DNA of 64,000 bases from a virus. Taxonomy: Duplodnaviria; Caudoviricetes. The stretch lies in IMG/VR virus record IMGVR_UViG_3300021387_001709, positions 32,001-96,000 of that record; one strand, written 5' to 3'. Position numbers and translations under genes: made by a program. Under the pieces are notes generated by a model. The model worked only from the letters and a program-made list of their open reading frames with translations. It searched no databases and was not told the origin of the DNA. This document shows, piece by piece, positions 32,368 to 45,400 of the stretch (its first letter is position 1; every line of letters starts with the position of its first letter).

Positions 32368-34851
32368 TTATTCCATTTCGCTCACTTCACAGAAGAACTG
32401 CATGCGACCGTTAATAATTGACGGATCTACATACTACGCTCTCCCTGTTTTCCATGGGGTAGATGAATCTAACATATCGCCTTTATTATCTACTCGATAA
32501 TATGAATATACATATGTATCATTATCAACCGTAGTTGCGTTAATCCATTCGGAGCCGGTATATTTTTTCAATACACAACTTTTTTTAGTTCTGTCAAGAT
32601 GATAATAGTAATCACCGACTACCGGACTCGAAGGCGGTGTATCCGTAAACGTTGTAGTTTTGATTGGATCTACTTCAGTCCCATTTCTATATACCCTTGT
32701 ATAAATAGCGCCAAAACCCTGGCTATTTTTAAATTCGGCAATTGTCGCTCTCGTAACCGCACTGATCGGGTCGGTAACATCATCAATGGTACGATAATCA
32801 CTATATGTTTTACCTTTGTAAGTCGCCTCACATTTGAGCCACATTTGATCAGTCACCATCTGGGGGGTAATTGTTATCGAACTACCGGTCTGCCCGGAAA
32901 TTGTCGTATACTGTCCACCTTTAAATTCCTTCCACACAAACGTCGCACTCTGTGTTACATCATCCATACCGGAGTTAACGATAGCAGTAATAGTAGTACT
33001 TTTGCCTTCTTCAACATTGCCGCCGTCATCACTCATTAATCGTAATAACACGGCATTAACTCCGTTTGGTGCTTGTTTACTTTTAGTCCAGGTATATTTA
33101 TAATCTACGTGCTTTGTAAGCGCCGTTAATCCAATGGTAATATCGCCGGTCATCATTGTGGCAGATCCAAATGTTGCACCGGATGCTATAGTCAACACTA
33201 ACATTCCGTCAGCGGCTTCCGTACCCTATGAATTGGTTTTTACCGACACACCTATCGGAAGAGTGTCAACCGATGCAGCAACGGGTACCCTGGTAATTCC
33301 CTTATACGCATAAAATGGGATACTAACATCACGAGAAGCCAACGCAGCCCCCTCTGTGTCACACGGTATAACATCCGAGTAATTACCGAGTCCCATACTA
33401 AGACCGTCAGTTCCGTCTTGTCCGTCTTCGCCGGTTGCACCATCTCTCGTAATAACAACCGACTGGGTGTCGAGTTCCTATGTAGTTCCGTCTGACGCAT
33501 AAAGCACACAGCGAATAACTAAAACGTTTTCATCTGAAGGGGTGTATATTGTGGAGTTTTCATTAGATTTACTGGTATACTTCGTAGTAAACGTAGTGCC
33601 ATCAGTTGATTCACTAATAATAAAACGTCCGCTATAATTACTCCTTACCAATGCATTGCCGACTTTTGTGTACGCATTAAATGTAACCGCCGACGGGGTA
33701 TATTCCTTGGCTTCGCTCAAATTGAGAGAGTAAGAATTAGGCTCAACCTCATAAATTACTGCGTCTTTACCGTCCTGACCGGAGTACTGTTTAGAAATGG
33801 TAAATCGTTTTGTCAACGGAGAATAACCGGTTCTTGTACAGTTAAAGTCAGCATAAGAACTGTCGCCGGTAAGTCCGCTCGGTGTAAAAATATGTGTGGA
33901 TGCATCATATGTGCCCTCCAGACCCGTACCAGGTGTTACGTTAATAGTCCAATTTGACGTTGTTTCGGTTCCACCCTCATAAATGTGGATTTCGGTCTGA
34001 GAACCCGCCCAAGAGCGAATAGAGCCGTCAGAATTAGCCGATAAAACATGGTTTTCATTGCTAAGAACAGCAGCTACCGTAGCATTACCGGCAGCACCGT
34101 CTTCAATCTTGACAATTTGCGCCAAATCAAAAACCGTAGGGTCATTGGTCGTAACTTTAATAATTGCCGTCTTGCCATTAATCCAAATATCCTATTCATC
34201 GTGACGAACGGTTAACGTACTCTCTGTAATAGACGGATTATTGGTATTCGGGAATGCCGCAAATGTCCCGTCTGATTTTTTATATTGCCACTAACTTATT
34301 TGACAATTTGAGAAATCTGCCGTCAAAGTAATAACTCCGGAGCCTACTATTTTTTTACCGGTATCATACAAAAACGCATTTTCTCCTGTGATTGTTACTG
34401 TTTTTAATTCAGAAGCCATCTTTACGAGAGAATAAGTGAGTGATGCCTCTGCTTCAATCGGAATTCCGGTATCCGGGTCTCTATAAACAACTTTGCAAAC
34501 ATATGTGAGCTATCCACCGGATGCGGAAGATAACTTATTAGCTTTAACCGTAAGAACCCCACCGCTGACCGTCTCCCCTGTCGTTAATGCGGTAGCATCT
34601 CCTGTTCCTTCTCTTCGTGTAAATGTAATCGTTAGTCCTGTCGCATTAAGCGCAAGATTCTGGCCGTTATATGATATAACGGGCGTTATCTTTAAGTTAG
34701 TTGATGCCCAATTAGGTGAATATGTTCCGCCATTCTAGTTGGGATCATAGATAACACTGTTAGGCAAATTACTAGTGCAATAAAAATTAAGACTGCCGAC
34801 ATCAGTAATGTCACTTACGCTCACGCTTGAAAAAGCTTGCACCTTAGCCAT
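32368..34851 (-). CDS. Ig-like multi-domain tail/baseplate protein (827 aa), TAG=Gln
   Basis: AAGGAGG RBS; frame continuous through TAGs; LSNENH, DG.DG.D linkers. Confidence 0.78.
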
Positions 34852-34868
34852 ATTTTATATCCCTCCTT

Positions 34869-37800
34869 TTAATTCGATGTCACCGTGATATCTTCATACT
34901 CGAACGTACACTAAAAATCAGCATTCACTTTTACATCGTTTGCCGTAATAGTAATGGTTTTTGTCCCGATACTATGCCGAATGTTCCAATAAGTGTCCGC
35001 GTCGTTATCACGGCTTGTTCTTGTCCAAGTAAAACATGACGCATCATACTCATCTGTTACGTCAACATTATTTTTTAATAATACAGCAATTAATTGTATG
35101 TCTCCTCCAAAAATATTGGTTCCATTTGGAGTCTCTATAAACAAGCTATAAATAGCTTTATTTTCTAAATCCTATCGCAATGTAGTAAGAGCATTGGACG
35201 TGCCATTTTTAAACTCTGTATAGTCAACGCCAAAACTTCCTCCTCCGGTAGTAATCTATTCTATAGATACCGTATCTCCCTATTTCATAACATTAAAACT
35301 AAGTTTATTTTCAGAAATTGTATTATCATGAATCATATTATTCACAATCAAACCGTCTGCAACCGCATCAGCCGTAATTCCACTAGGTTCAATAATCGTA
35401 GCACCATTTTCATTCCTCAATACCAAACTCGGTTGCCCGTTGGTCGCATATCCAAGCTGTACACCAACGTAATCATTCCCCTAGGAGTCTGTTCCAAGAA
35501 TCTGTAATGCCTACCCGTTCATAACCATTTTTCCATTCTCAGATATAATCCTCATCTGATCGCTAACCGTAATATCGCCGGCTGCGAGATCACCAACCGT
35601 GATTTTTCCGGCAACAGCATCATAAATATAAGCATCGGTAATTGTACTGGTAGCAGCAGTGGAAGAGAGTGCTTGCAAACTTCTGATAAATGCATTGCCG
35701 ACATATTCCGTCTCAATGTTTGCCACATCAATAGTAGCAAGTTTTGCCTTAAGGTCTTCCACCCGAATTTCGGACGCTACGACCAATGTACTTTGTAAAT
35801 ACTCAATAAAAGCGGTGTCAGCGGTCAGTCGTTCTACGTCAGCTTCCGTGGCTGATAATAGAGCAGTAATAACGACATCTGCATTTATTTGATGTGCCTC
35901 AATGTACGGAGCTATTAATTGTGCAAATTCTGCATAATCACCGGTTATTTGGCTAACGTCAATAGATGCAGCAGAAATGCTGTTTGATACCAGATTATTA
36001 ATGGTAGCTTCTCCGGCTTCAAGAATATTAGCCGATAACTGGTCAAAATCACCGCTCTGTGCTTGCAATAGCTTTGTAACTATTGTATCGCTTTCGAGAT
36101 ACTTTGTAATTACCTCGTCAAAATGCCCGGATTCTGCGTTAAGCAATACGGTAGTAATAGATTCGGCACTTAATCGACCTGAAAACAATTCATCAAATTG
36201 TGCCTATGTTCCGGTTATATGATCGACCTATACGTTTGTATTCCCCATATAAGTAGATATTAAATTATTAACTTCTGTGGTATTTGTTCCACCAACCACG
36301 GACATCGCCTAACTTCTTACAGCATTAGTAAATAATCCCGACCTAGTCATCCATGTGAGCAAGTTCGTCGCGTATTCTTCATCACTCTTGGAGGCGCCGG
36401 TTCCCAGTGAAATGCTATTCTTTTGTCCTCTATTATTTTCATCGTCTATTATTTGAGTAAAATCATTACGCCCGCTCTTAGAAGTTATCATAGATGAAAA
36501 CGTAAGCTATAAATTCTCATCTACTTCACATGGGTTGTATTCTATTTCAATTATTCTCAGTTTAACACTGTAGTCATCACGGATTCCTAGCCTAATAAAT
36601 CGCATTAGTCTAAGGTCTTCATTCCAGTCCGCAAATTCCGGAATACGGAGAAGATTATCCAACTCCACCGTAAACTGATATTGAGGTCTGGACACCTCAG
36701 ATAATTTACTCATTGCATCTTCATATAACTCAAGCTGACGGTCTATCATCGTTGAGGTATCATCTAATGACGTCGAAAAAATATTAGAGTTTGTATAGTC
36801 GGTGTCTATGAACAACGTTTTAATATAATTTATTTCGTCTTCGGTAAATCCTATCTCATTGTCATATATATCAACAGCTGTCTCAAGTGCAGCTCCTTTA
36901 TTATAATAATTAATATAATCCTCGGCTGTTTTAAGAAGACGCTGTTCTTCCTTGATTTCATTCTCCAAATATGCCTTACGTTGCTTCATTTGCTAAATCA
37001 TTTCCTAAATATGGAGATAGTCATTACGTCCCTAAATATTATATGCTGTTTCATTTGCATAGTTAGTTTTTTCTGCTGCGGTCATCTAATCCCATGGTTT
37101 GGCAAAATGATTAAGAGCCGGGAGCTTATCTAGTTCATAATTCTTCAGCTTGCCTTCAAGTTCATATAAACCATAGAGTTCCCAGTTTTCTTCGCTTTCC
37201 TGACCATAACGAATTTTCTGATCGTTTGGAAGATTTTCATTAAGCATCGCCTGCTTTATATACGGAATAATGTATGTGACAATTTCCATATAAGTATAAT
37301 AACCACCCTAATTGGCTGCTTTAAGTAATTCCAAATATTTTTGATGATCAACCTCTCCGTCATCTGTTTTATAAGGAATATATTCTCCGTCTTTATCATA
37401 CATTTCTTCCGGTTCCCTAGTGTCTACGGATGTTTGCAAAACAGCCAGTTTTGCTTCATTTAATTTAAGGTGTTCTTGCAGTGCTTCCATGCTCATATTA
37501 TCCCATTGTTTCCAATATGTATCGTCACTCGGAACATGGTATTGTAATTCGTCTATAATTGCGGCCTGTTTTGCAGCCTATTTATGCCATTCAATCAAAC
37601 TCGGTTTCCGATAATATTCCCTGAATGCTAACCACTTATTAATTTTATCAATCAGACTTTGGTCCATGTATGGCTCTGCCATAAAATATGATAGATCAAA
37701 ACATTGATCGTCACCAAAATTGACAATAGTAGTAGTCAGATCATTTTCGCCGCGAACACGAAACCTCGTATAAACACTGTCTTCATCTACTGATATATCT

Positions 37801-38513
37801 ACATTTTTTGCAAGATTTCGGTATCCAATAAATATATTAGTATCAAAATCGAGGTTCTCTTTTCCGTATGCGTTAACTGTTCGATTAAGATAATCAAAAA
37901 TGAATATCAATCCCAGTCTGGGAGCAACAGTGTTGGTCATTATTGAATATATATTTGCATTATCAACTTCAATGATGGGGATTTGCATTTTATAAAGACC
38001 ACGGTCAATATGTCCAATGCTCCAATATGGCAATTTAGTCAACATTAAGTGAAGAAATGACAATTCCGGATTATCGGGATTATAGAACGTAACAAACTCC
38101 TTCGCTACTCCTAGGTCATTTATGTTGTCAGTTGCCAACATTTCCAGACTGTCTTCTTTTCCACAGTTTATTTTTAACCCTATCCAATCTTTTTGTTCAA
38201 ATTCTTTTTCAAGTGAGTAAGCCTACACTTCTTTATATTCATAATTTCCATCGTTATGAACTGTCGGCTCCTACATTTGGAAAAAACCGATACCCTCAAG
38301 TAATAAATACATATATATCTTAAGGTCTTCGTATCCATTTGATTCAATTAATTCTCCGTCTATAGATAAATAACGATCTACATTAAAAGTCAACTCATCG
38401 TAATCTTTCACATACTGATGGAAGTCAACAGAATTAGTTTGCAAACCGTTAAGAACTGTTCTGATTTTTAAATCCGGAGTACATAAATATATTTTTTTAA
38501 CGTCCTAAATCAT
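34869..38513 (-). CDS. Tail-tip/baseplate hub (Tal-like) protein (1214 aa), TAG=Gln
   Basis: Seven track ORFs share the frame; follows Dit; AYSLE.E, YTRFRVRG, LSEVSRPQY.F, LRII.IEY. Confidence 0.8.
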
Positions 38514-39361
38514 ACTAACCAGCCTCCGGCAATTTTAACAGGAGAGTCATACTCTAATTTTATACTGATGTTCCCATGTACGTTTATTAAATTTCTGCCC
38601 GGTTTAAACCTAAGCCAATAAATGTTGCCGACGTCACTCCAGCCAAGCTCTCTAAAATGAAGAGTACCGACCTAATCACTTGCAATACAATGCTTACAAT
38701 CGAATGAATATTTAATATGACGAGAAGTGGTCACCTTCATAGTATTATTGCTGTCCGTGGCATTAGCAATCCTAAAAGATGGATTGCTTGACAAATCAGA
38801 ACAGTAAACGACAAACTTCGGATATACCCATTCTTCCAATTCGTCAGATTTACAATCAACCGTAAAACTCCAATCCGGAAGTCCGTCCGTATCGTCTACG
38901 GCTCCGTCCGGCGGAGGAGTGAGTTCCATTGCATAATGCTCATACGCATATGACCCATTTACGGAAAATGTAAAATCCATTGCATAAAATCCGTTGTCAG
39001 TAGGATACCACTGCGTTGTCGTGAATTTTCCATAGTATTTATATCGAACGTTGCCATCACAATCCGTAATCTAAATTGGCAATGAAAATTTTGGTGAAGT
39101 CAACCATCTCTCGACAGCAATCTGTTCATCATATGTAAACTCCGTCATATCTGACTTGACAAGTGAATAGACAAACTCAAGATGCTCGGCAATTGTCCCA
39201 TATTCATTTACAAACGGACGACTAATTGTAGGTTCTCCGCCAATAAGAGACCTTGTAACACCCTATACATTTGTAACTCCGCTCTCCGTGGAACATAATA
39301 ACAGCTCCGATGACGGCAAAATGGTTGCAGTTGAATTACCATTATAAATAAAACCGGCCAT
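38510..39361 (-). CDS. Distal tail protein (Dit-like, 283 aa), TAG=Gln
   Basis: Directly after TMP; F.YNG, ERWLTSPK, YWLRFKPG.N; ATGA coupling to the next gene. Confidence 0.78.
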
Positions 39362-39381
39362 ATTTCCCCTCCTTTCTTTAT

Positions 39382-39413
39382 AAAAAGAGAGGCCGTCATT
39401 ATAACGACCTCTC
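39382..39413 (-). terminator. Possible terminator/hairpin after TMP
   Basis: GAGAGGCCGT...ACGACCTCTC imperfect stem with U-tract on the - strand. Confidence 0.5.
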
Positions 39414-39419
39414 GGTTAA

Positions 39420-42400
39420 TCAGTGTCCTGCCTTGCGCATATCTTTGCTCATTTCTTTTGTAGTATAGTTATATATATTCTTTTTAAATGAGGCATTGCT
39501 CATCAATCCCTTTGCTATTTCTTCAAGCTGCGGAATAATGGATTGATCGGCATTACCGTCTATTTTTATTAAGTTATCATAATGTATATTAATACTCTGA
39601 TTGGTATTATGACTAACATTGTACTCTGGTACTTGGAAATTCGGTGTTTGGACCGGAACCATACCGGATTTTGCCATTTCCATAAGGTTAGCCGTAAGAT
39701 CTGCAGGAATTACTCCGTCACCGGCTTTTAATGGCATAAGCATTACGCCGCGACGTGTAACTATTGCCTCTGAACCATTTTCATTAATCCTATGCAAACC
39801 CGGTTTTGCGTTCTTTGTTCCTTTTGCGTACCCATCTTCAAGTATCTCTTCTACCGGGGCCTCTCTAAGCACAAACCCTTTTCGGAATATATCTCTGATA
39901 TCCCCAACATCTTCCCGGATTTTCTGAGCTTGATTCTGGATATTGTTTTGGTATGCATATTCTTCCTTGGAAAGATTATCGTCATAATGAGGGACATAAC
40001 TGGTTATACCGCCGGGTCTTCTGAGTTCATTGTACTCGAGATTCTTCCCTTTTGTCCACCCAGTTTGAATATTGATAGCATCCGCTACCTAATCAATTTC
40101 TTCCATTCCTAATTGCCCCGCATAAGCGTCTGGATGGAATGATTTAATATAAGCATTGAATGAGTTATCAACATTTTCTAACTGAGAAGAAAGATTGTTT
40201 ACGGAGTCTTTTACAAGTTCTATAGCATCGTCGAGGTTAACAGCCAGATCTTTTACATATTTTTCGAAGTTCTCCTAAAGCTATGTTTGAAGATCTGTTA
40301 ATCCTTCAACTCGAAGATTGACTATGTGTTCTTTTACAGTATCGTCAAGTTCTTCTTGCATTTCCGCACGTTGTGCTTCGAGACGTGCCTTTTGAGCGCG
40401 ACTCTCGGCATCAGTTAGGCCATTTAGTGCGCGGATTTGCTGCTCGATAAGCTATACATCTTTATTTTGTTTTCGTAGTTTCTTATCATAATCATAAAGC
40501 TCTTTGCGTTTATTCAACTCGTTCTTTCTGGCATCAATTAGCTTGTTAATATAAGTAATTTCTGTTTGATACCTGTCGGTTATGTTCTTAATAATGGTTT
40601 GTCTTTGCGATGCTAAAGTAGCCAATACATCTCTGCCTTGCGCCTCGAGTTCATTTTTACGCTTCGTATATTCTTCAAGGCTGTATGACTCATCAGACCC
40701 AAACAAATCATTATTCTATCTTATTGCGGCGGCTATATAAGTATATTCGTCTTGCGCTTCCTTATAAGCGCGTAAATCCATGGCGTATTTATCAATTCCA
40801 AGCTGAGTAAACACACCGTCGGTTGTATACATCATATCTGGGCTGATTAATCCCTTGAATTGCTCTGTTGCTTTATGCAGCGTTGCGAACTGATTAATTA
40901 CATTATCAATTGCCTTGAAGTAGACGTCCTCACGAAGTGCGTCCTATACTTCTCCGATATCTATCTCTAAATCGACTATCTCTTTGCTCGTATTGTTAAT
41001 TTCTGTCTGCATTTTCTTCCATTCTTCGCTGCCTTCAATGATTCTACCGGATGATACTGCATTGGCTAATTCGTCGGTAAGTGCTCGCCTCTGATTATAT
41101 AATGCAGAGCGCATGTCTTTTATTTGCTGAATCTCTTCGCCATAGCTATCTACAACTCGCTGAGCATCCGATCCTTTATTTATCTTCATAACCGGCTTAT
41201 TTTTTGTAGAAGTATTAAAAGTAACACCTCTAAGCATACCTTTTTCGCGGTTAACTGTGTTTCCGGCGTATCCACGTTCCTACCACAATTTACGAGTTTG
41301 AGTTGTTATACTTCTAAGCCCATCAATATAATCTATTGTAGCTTCATACCAGTTTTTAATATTCTCAAATCTTTCTTGCGCAATCTTTTGTTCTCGTTCG
41401 GCTGTTTCAAGTGCAGCTTGATTGAGTTCTTCTTTCATTTTGGACTCTTGATCTTTTGCCTGAGTGAGGGCAGTAGTAACATTTTCTAATGATACCACAC
41501 TATTATTCCACAATGCGGCTACATGAGCCAACGCATTAGAAACTTTTGTCGGGTCTATCTTTTGCCCTTTTTTCATAGCTTCATCAATGATAGCTTTTTC
41601 GGCTTTTGTTGCGGCTTGGTACGCTTTGTCGCTCTTGATACTCTTTGCCCTATCAGTCTATGCTTTCTGAAGTTTTGCACGTTGTGCTTCGAACTCATCG
41701 GTGACACTTTCTTGTTCTCGTAATGCTTTTAATCGTTCCTATAGCTATTTCTTCATTTGTTTTAATTCTTCTTCTAGGTATTTATTCTGGGTTCTAAATG
41801 TCGGCACTTTTGAGTCCGCCGAAGCATCCGCGTCCATAAGAACTTTTGCCTAATCAGAAATTCTCTGTTGTTCTGTTGCCACTGCCTTTTTATCAATCTC
41901 ATTTTGCTTTTTAGCACTTTCCCAATTAGACCTTGCATTATTCTATGCCGCTTTTGCCGCAGCTTGTTTGGCAATTTTATTATTATAATCATTTACCAGA
42001 TCTTTAAAATGATTACCCATCCAACTTTGATGTTCAATACGTTTACCCTGCGATATTAATTTAAGAACCCAGTTTTTATCCTTTGCCTTTACATTGTTCT
42101 TGTTCATGAATTGCTTAATATTATTAATGGATGTCTTGGTCATCGATTGACGTTTTTCATAGTCGGATTTTTTTGTTTCATATGTATTCCATCTGGTGCT
42201 TCTCGCAGTCGCGGATTTATTTTCGACTTTCTTTTTCTCCGCGACACCCGTTGCAAGATCTATCATTCGTTGTGCCGACGCAATGCCGGATCTGCCGCTG
42301 GATATCGCACTTGTTATTCCGGTGATAGTATTAATTCTATTTTCAACTTTCTCTAATGCCTGCTCAAGCTTTTCGGTCGGTAGCTGAATAATCTGGTCTT

Positions 42401-45400
42401 GTAGTTCTCGCATTGTATTTGCTAATTCTTGAATTGCAGTATTTGCTTCACGAGCTTTATTAATATAATCAAGGTAAGCCCGTGCGCCTTCAACAAGTGC
42501 GGCATCGTCCGGATTAGTTGTATCAATAATATCAAGGTTATACTCTCCGGCCAATAATTTTTCTCTATTGAATTTAGTCCAAATATTTGCAGTCTTTTTA
42601 TTTCCGTCTTTATCGGCATAAGAGTAATTAGTTGCCAATTGCTCTGCGAAATTTGCATATGTTGTAGCGGCGTGAGAGTTAGCTTTAATTTCATCCTAAA
42701 TAGCTGTAATTTCTTTGCGGAGAAGTTTTCCTTTAGTTACTTTATTTACGTAGTCGGTAATCTTATCGGCAAAATATTTTGTTTTGTCCGCGAAATACTG
42801 AAGGCGAATTTCCACATAATCAAAGATTTCCTATGAAAACTGCGGTTTATCTTCCTCTTGCGGTTTTTCATCTCCGCCGGTGCCTGCGTTTCCGCCACCG
42901 GTGCTTGCTGTTTGAGTACCGCTACCAACGTTTACGTTGTTGTTATTTCCGCTAACACTAACTCCGGATTGTCCACCACCGCCGCCGGTCCATGTAAATG
43001 TTCCACCGCCTCCGGGAAAGGCATTCGTTAATTTAGATAATCTGTCAATTGTCCCATAAGCATAACCTCTGGCAGAACCAATAACTTTACCAATTCCGCC
43101 GTTCATACCGCTGAGTATTGCCCTAAGCTATGAATTGTTGAAAATTATATCTCCGGATTTTAACTGCATAAAATGAGCGCCGCCAGGAATAATACTGAAT
43201 TTACCGTCTCGTACTAATCCCTCCGGACCAATTTCTCCTACTAAAGCAGTTTGATCTTCTTTTAGCGCAATATCTCCCTTTGCATGAGAATCATATTCTT
43301 CATCTTTCAGAATACCTTTATCCGTTATCGTCCCTTTTGCAAATGTCTTTGATATATTATTTAAAGTTCCGGTTGCTCTGGCAACTGATTGAACAGTACC
43401 GGTAGCACCAGATTTAGTTTTCCCGCCGCCTCCTGACTAGACCGTATTAACATGGATTGTTGCTGTCATGGCATTGATTCTCGACACAGCGGCATGAGCA
43501 GCAAGCAATGCATTGCCGGTTGCAGCACCGACATGTATCATTGGATTTAATCCTTCAATAGTATTTGCAGCAGAACGAGCAGCAAGAATAGCATTTCCGG
43601 TCGCAGCTTCTACATGCATTGTCGGAGTCATTCCGTCAATTGTACTCTTTGCTCTGTTAGCGGAAGCAATCGCTTTGTCTGTTTTTGCTTCGACTTTCAT
43701 TTCCGGTTTCATGGAATCTATTTCTTCTTTTACCGAATCAACCTAATCCAACGCCTCTTCTGGATTAACTTTAATATCAATTGGATCGGTGTCTCTGATA
43801 CCATCAATTGCAGTTTTTAACGATTCAATCTATGAGGTAGCGCTATCAATATTTAATTTGACTGGAATATTAGATGCTTCAGCTTTTAATGCATTAAGAG
43901 CAGTGGTAGCAGCATTGGTATCAAGTGACGCTGACGTGGAGGATGTCTACTTATTGCCACCACTAAGAAAATTAGAAACAGCACTAATTGCGCCTCCCAC
44001 GGCGTTTTTAGCTTTCTGAATTACTTCAACTATAGTAACTTTTTTTGTCGCTGGTTTCTCCGCCTCCGCTTGAACTTCATCCTAACCAGTAGCTTCAAGT
44101 TTAACTTCCTTTGTGTACTCCTCGCCATTAATCGCAGCACTAACAGCTTCATTAATCCCCTAGAGAGAACCCTCATCTAATCTTACGGGCATAGATATTT
44201 CTTTTCCGTCGAGAGAATCTATCATTGCTTCGGCGGTTTCAACATCAGATGTATCTATATTTAGAGTGGCATCAAGAGTTCCATCATTCATCGATTGCTA
44301 TAATTCTTCTAATGAACCTCCGTCTTCAAGATACTGTTCTATTGCAACTCGCACGTTATACTCCTACTGGGTCTTTGCTTCAAGCTATTCAAGCTATGCG
44401 AGTGCTTCTTGACCGCCTTCTTCTTCAACATTTATTTGAGCCTTCATCTAGTCTATTTCAGCTAATTTATTCGAAAGTTCGTCCACGCTCATTGTCGCAG
44501 CATCAAATTGAGTTGCTCCCTCAAATTGAGTACCTTTAAATAATGCCTCCACCTTATCGGTAGCAACAGTAGCACTATCGCTAAATTGATTCATACTGTC
44601 GATTGCTCCGGCAAAATCAATTACGCCTAAAGCGGCGAGGATGTTCACCAACTATTCGCCCTAAGCAGAAGATAAGTTTGCTTCTTTAGCAATACCCTCA
44701 AGGGCATCCTCAGCAGCTTCGAGTCCCTTAACATTATAGTCTCCATCTCCCAGCTTAATCTATTTGAGTTCATCATACGATATCCCTTTAAGAGCGTCCG
44801 CATATTCCATAACCGCATCTTTTGCGTTCTGAATTTTAGTTTTGCCTGCTTCAAATGCGGAGAACTCAGCGGTGTGTGGGTCTATTCCAAATGCTTCAGC
44901 GCCAAGAGGAGACTCCCACGAACCAATTTTACCCTCGAGGTCTTTCATAGCGGCATTATAAGATGCTTCATCAACCTCGAAGTCAGCATTTACTTTAATT
45001 CCATAATCATCGGCTAAATCTTGTGCCTCACGGAGAAAACGATTTGCGCTTGCTTCGTCACCGCGCTCCATTGCATCATCATAATATGATTTAAGGTCTG
45101 CAATACTACTCTTGAGATTCTTAAGGTTGCTTACGTATTCCTATGCTTGTCCTCGCTAGAAATTTTGAGTAGCTGTCTGTACGGCATTCAGCTATCCTTG
45201 ATACTGATCAATGACATCCTACTGAATCGCCAAATCATCGGCGCTTGCGCCTTCACGCTTCATTTCGGCATATTTAAGCTATGCATTGGTAAGCTCATTA
45301 GTCCATTTCTATGTCTGAAGTTGAGCGTCTTCCATGGAGGAAACGAACGCACCCATTCCGCCATATTCTTCGGCTTTGCCAAACATGTCACGGAACCATT

